Shown here: positions 21,013-29,516 of the stretch, piece after piece
Layout of the letters: each line of letters starts with the position of its first letter
Numbering within the stretch: the first letter of the stretch is position 1
Assembly: GCA_041497895.1 (NCBI GenBank)
Contig: JBGQHJ010000010.1
Span: 1-57,987 of the forward strand
DNA length: 57,987 nucleotides
DNA from: Candidatus Methylomirabilia bacterium
GTDB taxonomy: Bacteria; Methylomirabilota; Methylomirabilia; Rokubacteriales; CSP1-6
Reading direction: 5' to 3'
Notes under the pieces: model-generated
What the model was told of the DNA's origin: nothing
Database searches by the model: none
The model's input: only the letters and a program-made list of their open reading frames with translations
Made by a program: the position numbers and the translations under genes

Positions 21013-22260
21013 CTAGCGCTCGGGGCCGAGGGTCCACGAGAGCCCCGTGCGCCGGCCGACGAGCACGAGCACCGCCACCGCCACCAGCCCGCCGCTCCCG
21101 CCCACCAGGCAGGCCGCGCGCACGCCCAGGTGCTCGGCCACCGTGCCGACCAGCAGCGAGCCGAACGGGGTCATCCCGGCGTTGGCGAGCGCGTAGAGGC
21201 CCATCACCCGGCCCCGCAGCGCGTCCGGCGTGGTGAGCTGCAGCGTGGTGTTGCAGCCGGTGGAGAAGAGGATCTGGCAGCAGCCGAGGCCCACGAGCAG
21301 GACCGCGGCGGTGCCGAAGTGCCCCACCAGGCCGAGCGAGGCCGTCCCCGCGCTCAGGACCGTCGCGGAGACGGCGAGGAACCGGAGCGAGGGCCGGCCC
21401 CGGCGGAGCAGGGTCAGCCCGACGCCCGCCATCACCGCGCCCGCGCCGAGCGAGGACATGAGCAGGCCGAACCCGTGGGCGCCCTCGCCGAGCACGTCCT
21501 TGGCGATCAGCGGCACCACCACGTTGAAGTTGAGCACGAGCACGCTGACCGCGACGATCAGCGACAGCGTGAACGCGACCGGCGGCGTGCGCGCCGCGTA
21601 GGCCAGCGCGCCCCAGATCCCGGCCCGGATGCCGAGCCGGCCGGCGGGGTCCGGATTCCCGGGGGTGCGGGTCGCGAGCAGTGCGGCCAGGACCGCGACG
21701 AAGCTCAGCCCGTTCAGGAAAAAGGCCAGGCCCACCCCGAAGCGCGCGATCAGCAGGCCCGCCACCGCGGGCCCGACGATGCGCGCTCCGTTGAAGACCA
21801 GCGAGTTGAGCGCCACCGCGTTGGCGAGGTCGGAGCGACCCACGAGGTCCGTGATGTAGGACTGGCGCGCGGGGATGTCGATGGCCCGCCCGAGCCCGTA
21901 GATCGCGGCGAGGACGGCCACGTGCCAGTACCGCACCTGGCCGCTCCAGACCAGCGCGGCCAGCACGAAGGCCTGGCCCATCATCGCGGCCTGGGTCAGC
22001 AGGATGATCCGGCGCTTCGGAAAGCGATCGCTGAGCGCGCCGCCCACCGGCGAGAGGAGCAGGATCGGGGTGAACTGGAGCGCGGTCACCAGCCCGAGGT
22101 GGAACGGCGACCCGGTGAGCTCCAGCACGAGCCACGCCTGGCCCACGCTCTGCATCCATGTCCCGATCAGCGAGACGAGCTGGCCGCTCCAGAACAGCCG
22201 GAAGTCGCGATGGCGGAGTGCGGCGAGGCGCGCCGGGCGCGGACTCGCGAAGGCGGACAC
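21013..22260 (-). CDS. MFS transporter (MFS_3/H+ antiporter type)
   Basis: ALRHRDFRLFWSGQLVSLIGTWMQ, PARQS, NAVALNS...ARIVGPAVAG, LRGRVM; start approximate. Confidence 0.85.
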   Translation of the reverse strand: MSAFASPRPARLAALRHRDFRLFWSGQLVSLIGTWMQSVGQAWLVLELTGSPFHLGLVTALQFTPILLLSPVGGALSDRFPKRRIILLTQAAMMGQAFVLAALVWSGQVRYWHVAVLAAIYGLGRAIDIPARQSYITDLVGRSDLANAVALNSLVFNGARIVGPAVAGLLIARFGVGLAFFLNGLSFVAVLAALLATRTPGNPDPAGRLGIRAGIWGALAYAARTPPVAFTLSLIVAVSVLVLNFNVVVPLIAKDVLGEGAHGFGLLMSSLGAGAVMAGVGLTLLRRGRPSLRFLAVSATVLSAGTASLGLVGHFGTAAVLLVGLGCCQILFSTGCNTTLQLTTPDALRGRVMGLYALANAGMTPFGSLLVGTVAEHLGVRAACLVGGSGGLVAVAVLVLVGRRTGLSWTLGPER

Positions 22261-22271
22261 GAGCGTGGGGC

Positions 22272-23162
22272 TCAGCGCGCCACGGCGCGGGTCGCGACGA
22301 GGCGCGCCGCGCGCTCGTGAAGCGCGGGCGTTCCGAGCCGCGTGGCCCAGGCCGCGAAGTCGGGGCGCGGCCCCGTCCACCGAAGCCCGTCGACGTCGAC
22401 GCCGATGGGCGCGTCGACGCGCAGGGTGGCCAGCGTGCGGAAGAGCCGGGCGCGCTCGCGCTGCTCGACGAGCGTCGCGGCCAGGCGCGCCGCGCCGCGC
22501 ACCGGCACGTCCCACTCGGCCGACCGCTCCGGGATGCCCTCGAGGTGCCCGTAGCGGGCGAGCACCACCGCGGCGGACGCGGCGCCCCAGCCGGGCAGGC
22601 CGGGGAAGCCGTCCGCGGCATCGCCCACCAGCGCGAGCCAGTCGGGAATCGAGGCGGGCGGGACCCCGAACTTCTTCACCACGCCGGACTCGTTCCGCAC
22701 CTCGCGCCGCCGCCGGTCGAGCTGCACGACCCGGTCGCCCCGGACGCACTGGGCCAGGTCCTTGTCGGGCGTGCACACCACCACCTGCTCGACCCGCGCG
22801 TCGGCCGCGCCCATCCCCGCCGCGGCGGCCAGGGCGTCGTCCGCCTCGAACTCGACCATCGGCCAGACGACCACGCCGAGCGCGCCGAGGGCGTCCTCGA
22901 GCGGCTCGAACTGGGCCGTGAGCAGCGGGTCCATGCCCTCGCCGGTCTTGTAGCCGGGCCAGAGCCCGTTGCGGAACGACTCGATCACGTGATCGGTGGC
23001 CACGCCCAGGTGGGTGGCACCCTCCTCGAGCATCCCCAGGATCGAGCCGACGACCCCGCGCACCGCCCGCAGCTCCGGCGGTGCGCTCCGGTCGTACGCC
23101 GCCGCGGGCGAAAGGAAGTAGCGGAACAGCTCGTAGGTCCCGTCGACCAGGTGCAGGATCAC
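22272..23162 (-). CDS. Stand-alone 5'-3' exonuclease / flap endonuclease
   Basis: LVDGTYELFR, EADD, DKDL, LVGD.ADG.PG..G.G helix-hairpin-helix. Confidence 0.88.
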   Translation of the reverse strand: MILHLVDGTYELFRYFLSPAAAYDRSAPPELRAVRGVVGSILGMLEEGATHLGVATDHVIESFRNGLWPGYKTGEGMDPLLTAQFEPLEDALGALGVVVWPMVEFEADDALAAAAGMGAADARVEQVVVCTPDKDLAQCVRGDRVVQLDRRRREVRNESGVVKKFGVPPASIPDWLALVGDAADGFPGLPGWGAASAAVVLARYGHLEGIPERSAEWDVPVRGAARLAATLVEQRERARLFRTLATLRVDAPIGVDVDGLRWTGPRPDFAAWATRLGTPALHERAARLVATRAVAR

Positions 23163-23215
23163 GGCCAGAACGATACGCCACGGCGACCGTCGGACGCGGT
23201 AGAATCGGCCTCGAC

Positions 23216-24097
23216 ATGAAGATCCGCATCGGGGTGGGGGCCGGGGGCGCGTCCGCGAGCGCGGAGGCGCTGGGCGAGCTGGTCGGCGGTCTCGACGTGC
23301 TCGGGTTCGACTCGCTATGGCTCTCCGAGGTGCTGACCGGCCCGGTCCTCGATCCGCTCATCGGCCTCGCCTGGGCCGCCGCGAGCAACCCGCGCCTCAA
23401 GATCGGCACGACCGCGCTGCTGCCGGGACGCAACGTGCTGCGGCTCGCCAAGCAGCTGGCGAGCCTGGACCGCCTGTCGGGTGGACGGCTACTCGTCACG
23501 CTGGTGCCCGGGCTCACCTATCCGCCGGAGCGGGAGGCCATCGGGGTCGACCCCAAGCAGCGCGGCGCGGTCATCGACGACGCCCTGCCGCTGCTGCGCC
23601 GGCTCTGGGCCGGCGAGACGGTGAGCCACGACGGCCCCGCCGGCCACTTCCGCGACGTGCGCCTCGCGCCCCTGCCCGTGCAGCAGCCGCTCGAGGTGTG
23701 GCTGGGCGGCAACGTGCCCGCCGCGCTCGAGCGCTGCGGGCGGCTCTCCGACGGGTGGCTGCCGTCGCTCTGCACGCCCGAGGAGGCCGCGGCGGGGCGC
23801 CGGGTCATCGAGGACGCGGCGACGCGGGCCGGCCGCGCGATCAGCCCGGAGCACTTCGGCGTGAGCGTGGGCTACGCCAGCGCGCCCATCGATCCGGACA
23901 CCGCGCGCACGATGGCCGCGCGCCGCCCGCGGTCGCTCGAGCTGACCCCGGTGGGCTACCCCGCCCTGCGGAAGTGCATCGAGCAGTTCATCGCGGTCGG
24001 CTTCTCGAAGTTCGTGGTGCGGCCGGTGGCCGCGCCCCGCTCGTGGCGGGCCGAGCTCGAGGCGCTGGCCGCCGCGGTGGGCGACCTGCAGACCTGA
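23216..24097 (+). CDS. LLM class flavin-dependent oxidoreductase
   Basis: GFDSLWLSE, LAKQLASLDRLSGGR, VWLGG...DGWLP. Confidence 0.88.
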   Translation: MKIRIGVGAGGASASAEALGELVGGLDVLGFDSLWLSEVLTGPVLDPLIGLAWAAASNPRLKIGTTALLPGRNVLRLAKQLASLDRLSGGRLLVTLVPGLTYPPEREAIGVDPKQRGAVIDDALPLLRRLWAGETVSHDGPAGHFRDVRLAPLPVQQPLEVWLGGNVPAALERCGRLSDGWLPSLCTPEEAAAGRRVIEDAATRAGRAISPEHFGVSVGYASAPIDPDTARTMAARRPRSLELTPVGYPALRKCIEQFIAVGFSKFVVRPVAAPRSWRAELEALAAAVGDLQT

Positions 24098-24108
24098 CCG
24101 CCGCCCAC

Positions 24109-24504
24109 GTGATCGAAGCGGTCGACATCAGGGCCGAGCTGGCCGCGCTCCCGGTCCTGCGCGGGCGCAGCGCGAGCACCCCGGCCGACGAGGTGAAGGC
24201 CGCCTTCGCGGTGCTGGCCCCGTTCCGCGACGGGAGCGTCTTCGCGGGCCGGTTCTCCGGAGAGACCGCCTGGGAGCGGCACGGCAACGGCGACGAGCTC
24301 GTGCAGATCCTGGACGGCGCCGCGACCCTCATCGTCATGACCGGCGAGGGCTCCCGATCGTTCGCGCTCTCCGCCGGCATGCTGATCGTGGTGCCCCGGG
24401 GGCACTGGCACCGGTTCGAGGCCCCGGACGGCGTCACGGTCCTGAGCGCGACCCCTCAGCCCACCGAGCACACCAGGGCGCCGGACCCGCGCGCGGCCCC
24501 CTAG
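24109..24504 (+). CDS. Cupin domain protein
   Basis: WERHGNGDELV.ILDG and VVPRGHWHRF cupin motifs; GTG start inferred. Confidence 0.8.
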   Translation: MIEAVDIRAELAALPVLRGRSASTPADEVKAAFAVLAPFRDGSVFAGRFSGETAWERHGNGDELVQILDGAATLIVMTGEGSRSFALSAGMLIVVPRGHWHRFEAPDGVTVLSATPQPTEHTRAPDPRAAP

Positions 24505-24680
24505 CCGGGCCGTCGGCCCGCACCGGGCCGTTTGCTCCAGAAGAACCATGCGTCTGCATCATGCCGGGCGCGATCCCCGTGACTATGCTGGTTAGAGGGG
24601 GAGGCGACGGTCATGGGCGAGCTCCACGGCAAGTACGATCACGTCGGCGTCCGCACCGTCCGCATGGGGGAGGACCGCTG

Positions 24681-25376
24681 ATGGACTACGAGACGCCCGG
24701 CTGCGCCTACTGCCCGCCGACGGTGCGCGCCTGCCGACAGGGCGAATCGGAGGAGCGCGGGCCCGGCTTCTGCCCCAGCAAGGTCGACGGCGAGGGCATC
24801 GCTCAGGCGGACGCGGCCTACCGCGATCCGCTGACGTTCCGGATCGCGCGCGCCGCGGCGCTCGTGGAGAGCGAGGGCTACTGCAAGTGGACGCGGGTCG
24901 AGGAGATCTGCGCCTTCGCCAAGAAGCTCGGCTTCACGCGCATCGGGATCGCCACCTGCATCAGCATGGTCGACCTCGCCCGCACCCTGAGCGGCATCCT
25001 CGAGTCGCACGGCTTCGAGGTCGCCTCGGTGGCGTGCAAGAACGGCGGGGTGCCGAAGGAGGAGCTCGGGCTCCGGGACGAGGAGAAGATCCGCCCGGGC
25101 CAGCACGAGTCCATGTGCAACCCCATCTCCCAGGCGGAGCTGCTGAACCGGGCGGGCTGCGAGCTCAACATCGTCCTCGGCCTCTGCGTGGGCCACGACA
25201 GCCTGTTCTTCCGCGCTTCCGAGGGTCTCGCCACCACCCTGGTGGCGAAGGACCGCGTGCTCGCCCACAACCCGGTCGGCGCGCTCCAGCTGGCCGACTC
25301 GTACTTCCAGCGCGTGTGGGGGCCGGAGCGTCCGCCCACCCCGCCGCGCCTCCCTGCCGAGGGCCGCGAGCGCTGA
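24681..25376 (+). CDS. DUF1847 Cys-rich putative metal-binding protein
   Basis: CxxC...C..CP, TRVEE, IGIATC, CK, MCNPISQA..LN, GLCVGHDSLF, KDRVLAHNP. Confidence 0.85.
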   Translation: MDYETPGCAYCPPTVRACRQGESEERGPGFCPSKVDGEGIAQADAAYRDPLTFRIARAAALVESEGYCKWTRVEEICAFAKKLGFTRIGIATCISMVDLARTLSGILESHGFEVASVACKNGGVPKEELGLRDEEKIRPGQHESMCNPISQAELLNRAGCELNIVLGLCVGHDSLFFRASEGLATTLVAKDRVLAHNPVGALQLADSYFQRVWGPERPPTPPRLPAEGRER

Positions 25377-25389
25377 AGGGTCCCCCGGC

Positions 25390-25917
25390 TCAGCCGAGGG
25401 CCGCGGCGAGCCGATCGAGCTCCGCCTCGGCGCGGGCGTGCGGCATGCCGTGGCCCCCGTCGATCTCGACCGCTTCCAGCTCGCCGTCGAGCCGCGCCCG
25501 GGCCGGGTCGTCCAGCACCGCATCGGCGAGCGGGAACAGCACGCCATTCTCCTTGTCGATGTGCTCTCGGAGCAGCCCCACGTACTCGCGCGCGGCCCGG
25601 GCCCGATCGGCCGCGGCCCCCGACTCCATGGCCCGGAGCAGCGCCCGCCCCCGGTCGTGCTCCTCGAGCATGACCGCGACCGGTCCGCCCGCTTCGGGGA
25701 CTCCCGCCTTCGCGAGCGCCGGGAACAGACAGCGCTCTTCCTTGCCGTGGTGATTGGCATCGGCGAAGGAGCGCAGCCAGCCGATCAGGTCGTCCCACCA
25801 TCGCGCGGGTGGCGTCGCGCCGCCCTCCGGGCGCGCGGCCGCCGTCTCGAGCACGCCGAGCGCGCGCAGGATCAGGCGGTGGTCGTCCAGAAGCCTTGCG
25901 ATCGGCGTGGGCGTCAT
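25390..25917 (-). CDS. Hemerythrin-like (HHE) domain protein
   Basis: DH..I, HHGKEE..LFP, EH..GR, EHIDKEN..LFP. Confidence 0.88.
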   Translation of the reverse strand: MTPTPIARLLDDHRLILRALGVLETAAARPEGGATPPARWWDDLIGWLRSFADANHHGKEERCLFPALAKAGVPEAGGPVAVMLEEHDRGRALLRAMESGAAADRARAAREYVGLLREHIDKENGVLFPLADAVLDDPARARLDGELEAVEIDGGHGMPHARAEAELDRLAAALG

Positions 25918-26366
25918 GGGTTGATCGCGCGCTCCATCTGGATCATGGAACCGTGGTGGAAGCCCGAGTGGAGGAAGAACTCGCGCACGTCGGCCTGACC
26001 CAGATCGATGAGGGTGGCGACCTTCTCGACCGCGCGCAGCTCGCGCGCGCTCCGGACGAACCGATCGACGAGAGCACGCCCGATGCCCCGGCCGCGATAG
26101 GGCGGGTCGACCCCGATCTGATCGACCCACGCGGTCGGGCGGGCGATGCCGAACTCCGACTCCCCGACCCAGCCGAAGAGGAAGCCGGCGACGCGCCCGT
26201 CGGTCTCGGCGACCAGCGACATCCAGGGCGGGCGGAGCGCGGCGATCTCGAGGCGCTGGCGCCAGTAGTCCTTCCGGGTCTGCCCGGAGAGCTTCTCGTC
26301 GATGCGCACGACGGCGTCCAGGTCGGACATCTCGGCGGCGCGGGCGATGACGGCGGTGCGGTCCAT
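25914..26366 (-). CDS. GNAT acetyltransferase (BadL-like context)
   Basis: IGVDPPYRGRGIGRAL acetyl-CoA motif A; follows bcrD-like gene. Confidence 0.85.
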   Translation of the reverse strand: MDRTAVIARAAEMSDLDAVVRIDEKLSGQTRKDYWRQRLEIAALRPPWMSLVAETDGRVAGFLFGWVGESEFGIARPTAWVDQIGVDPPYRGRGIGRALVDRFVRSARELRAVEKVATLIDLGQADVREFFLHSGFHHGSMIQMERAINP

Positions 26367-26380
26367 GGGGGATCCTCCTC

Positions 26381-27181
26381 TCACGCGGCGGCCGGCCGGG
26401 ACGCCTTGAGATGTCGCTGCAGCCCGAGGAGCGCGGCGCCGCGGGCCGCCGCGAACTGGGGCCCGTCCGGGACCAGGACCGGCACGCCCAGCCGATCGCG
26501 CAGGGCCACCACCATGCCGGCCTGGCGGGCCACGCCGCCGATGAACACCACCGGCCCGTCGAGCCCGACGCGCTTGAGCAGGGACAGGGCCCGGTCGGCC
26601 AGCGAGTTGTGGATGCCCCGGAGGATGTTCTCCACCGCGACCCCCTCGGAGACGTGGTTGATGATCTCGGACTCGGCCAGCACCGCGCAGACGCTCGAGA
26701 TCGCCTGGGGCCGCTCCGCGCCGAGGGAGAGCGCGCCGATGTCGCCGACTCGCACCTCGAGGTACTTGGCGGCGCGCTCGAGGAAGCCGCCCGAGCCGGC
26801 CGCGCACTTCTCGTTCATGTGGAACTCCTTGACCTTGCCGCGATCCCGGAGCTTGATGGCGCGCGAGCACTGGGCCCCGATGTCGAGCACGTACCCGGCC
26901 TCCGGGAAGGCCGCGGCCGCGCCCCGCGCCCCGCACGTCAGGTCGGTGATCTGGATGTCGCGGAAGCTCAGCGCGTAGCGGCCGAGGCCGGTGCTGGCGA
27001 CGTAGACGATCTCGTCCCCGCCTCCCGCGTCGACCCGCGCCGCCTCGAGCGCCTCGCGGGCCACCTTCTCGAAGTCGGCGCGGGTGCGCGTCTCCCCGCA
27101 CCCCCGCAGGCGCCCGTCCTCGTCCACGAGGGCACACTTGGTCGTGCCCGACCCCACGTCGATTCCCGCGATGAGCGTCAC
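26381..27181 (-). CDS. bcrD: Benzoyl-CoA reductase ATPase subunit D-like (BadF/BadG/BcrA/BcrD family)
   Basis: [49 protein letters not shown]. Confidence 0.75.
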   Translation of the reverse strand: MTLIAGIDVGSGTTKCALVDEDGRLRGCGETRTRADFEKVAREALEAARVDAGGGDEIVYVASTGLGRYALSFRDIQITDLTCGARGAAAAFPEAGYVLDIGAQCSRAIKLRDRGKVKEFHMNEKCAAGSGGFLERAAKYLEVRVGDIGALSLGAERPQAISSVCAVLAESEIINHVSEGVAVENILRGIHNSLADRALSLLKRVGLDGPVVFIGGVARQAGMVVALRDRLGVPVLVPDGPQFAAARGAALLGLQRHLKASRPAAA

Positions 27182-27999
27182 GACGCACCTCCCCCCGCCG
27201 GCGCGGGCACCCGGCCCGCGACCAGGGCGCGCTCGAGCGCGAAGAGCGCCGCGCCCAGCGCGCCAATGTAATGGCCGTCCACGCTCACGTTGATGGGCCG
27301 GCCGAGCACCGCCTCGAGCGCGCGGACCATGCCGACGTTGCGCGACACGCCGCCGGTGAACGTGACCTCGTCCTCCACCCCCACGCGGCGCACCAGCGAC
27401 ATGGTGCGGGTGGCGATGGCCTTGTGCACGCCGCCCAGGATGTCCTCGATCGTCTTGCGCTGGGCGAGGTAGGACATGATGTCGGACTCCACGAAGACGG
27501 TGCAGACCGAGGTGAGCCGCACCGGCGACCGGGCCTCGAGCGACAGCGGCCCGATCTCGTCGAGCCCGACGCCGGTGACGTCGGCGGCGGCGGACAGGAA
27601 GCGCCCGGTGCCCGCCGCGCACTTGTCGTTCATCGAGAAGTCGACCACCGAGCCGTCGGGTCCGACCTTGATGGCCTTGGTGTCCTGGCCGCCCATGTCG
27701 ATCACGGTCCGGGTCGCCGGAAAGATCGAGTGGGCGCCGCGGGCGTGACAGGTGATCTCGGTGATCTGCGCGTCGCCGAAGGTCACCTTGTACCGGCCGT
27801 AACCGGTGCCGACCACGTAGCGCACCGCCTCGCGGCTCAGTCCCGCCTCCTCGCAGCCGCGCACGAAGGCGTTCTCCCCGGCCCGGGTCACGTTGGCCCC
27901 GGTGGGGATGAGCGTGCGGGCCACGATGCGGCGCGCCTCGTCCACGATCACGGCCTTGGTCTGAGTGGATCCGACGTCGACTCCCGCTCCGAAGATCAT
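27178..27999 (-). CDS. bcrA: Benzoyl-CoA reductase ATPase subunit A-like, short (HgdC/BzdQ-sized) form
   Basis: [50 protein letters not shown]; 273 aa. Confidence 0.7.
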   Translation of the reverse strand: MIFGAGVDVGSTQTKAVIVDEARRIVARTLIPTGANVTRAGENAFVRGCEEAGLSREAVRYVVGTGYGRYKVTFGDAQITEITCHARGAHSIFPATRTVIDMGGQDTKAIKVGPDGSVVDFSMNDKCAAGTGRFLSAAADVTGVGLDEIGPLSLEARSPVRLTSVCTVFVESDIMSYLAQRKTIEDILGGVHKAIATRTMSLVRRVGVEDEVTFTGGVSRNVGMVRALEAVLGRPINVSVDGHYIGALGAALFALERALVAGRVPAPAGGGAS

Positions 28000-28877
28000 C
28001 GCGCCCTCCCCTTGATGCGCAGGCCGGCGAGCGTCACCGGCCGGAGCCGACCGGCGGTGAGAACGAGGCGCGCCTTGGCGTGGAGCTGGCCCAGGACCAT
28101 CAGGATCCCGGCCAGGGCCAGCGCGGGCGCGGCCACCGCGGGCCACGCGGCGGCCCCCGCGGTGAGCAGGAGCGGCGCCATGAGGCCGGCCCCCACCACG
28201 AGGCGAGCCTCACGGCCACGGGTGAGCGGCGCGACGGCCTCGGTGAAGGCGGCCTCGCTCGACCACGTGAGGTAGCGCACCCACATCCAGACGCCTCCGA
28301 TGAGCAGCATGAGGACGGCGGCCAGCGCGGGCACCGAGGGGACGCGCCGCACGCTCACCGCGACCACCAGGTAGAGCCCGCCGCCCGACACCAGGGCCGA
28401 GAGCCCGAAGAGGGTCGGCATGACCGGCACGTTCCAGGCCGGGATGCCGCGGGCGCCCCGCACGATGAAGCCCTGGGCGATCGCGAGCACGAGGGCGGCC
28501 ACCGCGGCGCCCGCGCGGAGCGGGCCGAGTGGCCGGAGCCCATCGGCCAGGACGAGCGCGACGAAGGCGCCGCCCAGCCACAGCTCGCGTGACATCCAGG
28601 ACGTGCCCACGCGGAACAGCACGCGCGGGCCACGGAGCGGACGGCCCGCCTCGGCGGCCACCGCGGCGAAGCCCGCCAGCACGCAGGCGGGCGCGAGCCA
28701 CGCGGCCAGGGTCATGACCGCGGAGCGGCCGCCGGGCCCCTCCGCGAGCACGGTGACCACGTAGAAGCCGGCGCCGAGCCCGCCCAGGAAGAAGTTGAGG
28801 ACGGCCGGCCAGCCCCAGAAGGCCTGTGGTCGGGACGGGAGCAGGTCGATCGGCTTCACGGCCAGCGAGGGGCCCAT
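27996..28877 (-). CDS. padD: NrfD/DmsC-type membrane anchor (PadD-like)
   Basis: [38 protein letters not shown]. Confidence 0.7.
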   Translation of the reverse strand: MGPSLAVKPIDLLPSRPQAFWGWPAVLNFFLGGLGAGFYVVTVLAEGPGGRSAVMTLAAWLAPACVLAGFAAVAAEAGRPLRGPRVLFRVGTSWMSRELWLGGAFVALVLADGLRPLGPLRAGAAVAALVLAIAQGFIVRGARGIPAWNVPVMPTLFGLSALVSGGGLYLVVAVSVRRVPSVPALAAVLMLLIGGVWMWVRYLTWSSEAAFTEAVAPLTRGREARLVVGAGLMAPLLLTAGAAAWPAVAAPALALAGILMVLGQLHAKARLVLTAGRLRPVTLAGLRIKGRAR

Positions 28878-28880
28878 CGG

Positions 28881-29516
28881 TCACTCCGCCAGGTAGTACA
28901 CGGAGGGCCGGGTGCCGGCCTCCGGGGTGAGCGGCTGCGCGTGGCCGTCGGCGAGGAGCCGGGCGACGCGACTCGACGGATCGTCGAGGTCACCGAAGAC
29001 GATGGCGTTGGCGATGCACGCGACCGAGCACGTCGGGGTCGCCTCGGCGTCCACGCCGGGGACGAGACCGCGGGCCAGGCCCTCGTCGACCCGCTCCCGG
29101 CAGAAGGTGCACTTGGTCATGACCCCGTGGCGCCCGGGGCGGGCCTCGAGCCGCTCGGGCGGCGTCGGGGCCCCGAAGTAGCCGACCGTCTCGCGGACGA
29201 GGTGGCGGGCGTGATAGGGACAGGCAACCGCGCAGTAGCCGCAGCCCACGCAGGCGTCGTGGTGCACCCACACGATGCCGTCGGCGCGCTGGCGCGAGGC
29301 CCCGGTCGGGCACACCGGCACGCACGGCGGCTCGGCGCAGTGCATGCACTGCATCGGCAGGAACAGCCGGCGCACGTCGGGATACTCGCCGATCTCGACG
29401 TCCGCCACGAAGCGCCACGCCGTGCCGGGCGGCAGCCCGTGCTCCTGCTTGCACGCGATGGTGCACGTCTGGCAGCCGACGCAGCGGCGCAGGTCGATCA
29501 CCATGCCCCAGCGCAT
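28881..29516 (-). CDS. padC: 4x[4Fe-4S] DmsB-type subunit (PadC-like)
   Basis: CVGCQTC..AC, CMHC..PPC..VCP, CVGCGYC..ACP, KCTFC..C...C. Confidence 0.8.
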   Translation of the reverse strand: MRWGMVIDLRRCVGCQTCTIACKQEHGLPPGTAWRFVADVEIGEYPDVRRLFLPMQCMHCAEPPCVPVCPTGASRQRADGIVWVHHDACVGCGYCAVACPYHARHLVRETVGYFGAPTPPERLEARPGRHGVMTKCTFCRERVDEGLARGLVPGVDAEATPTCSVACIANAIVFGDLDDPSSRVARLLADGHAQPLTPEAGTRPSVYYLAE

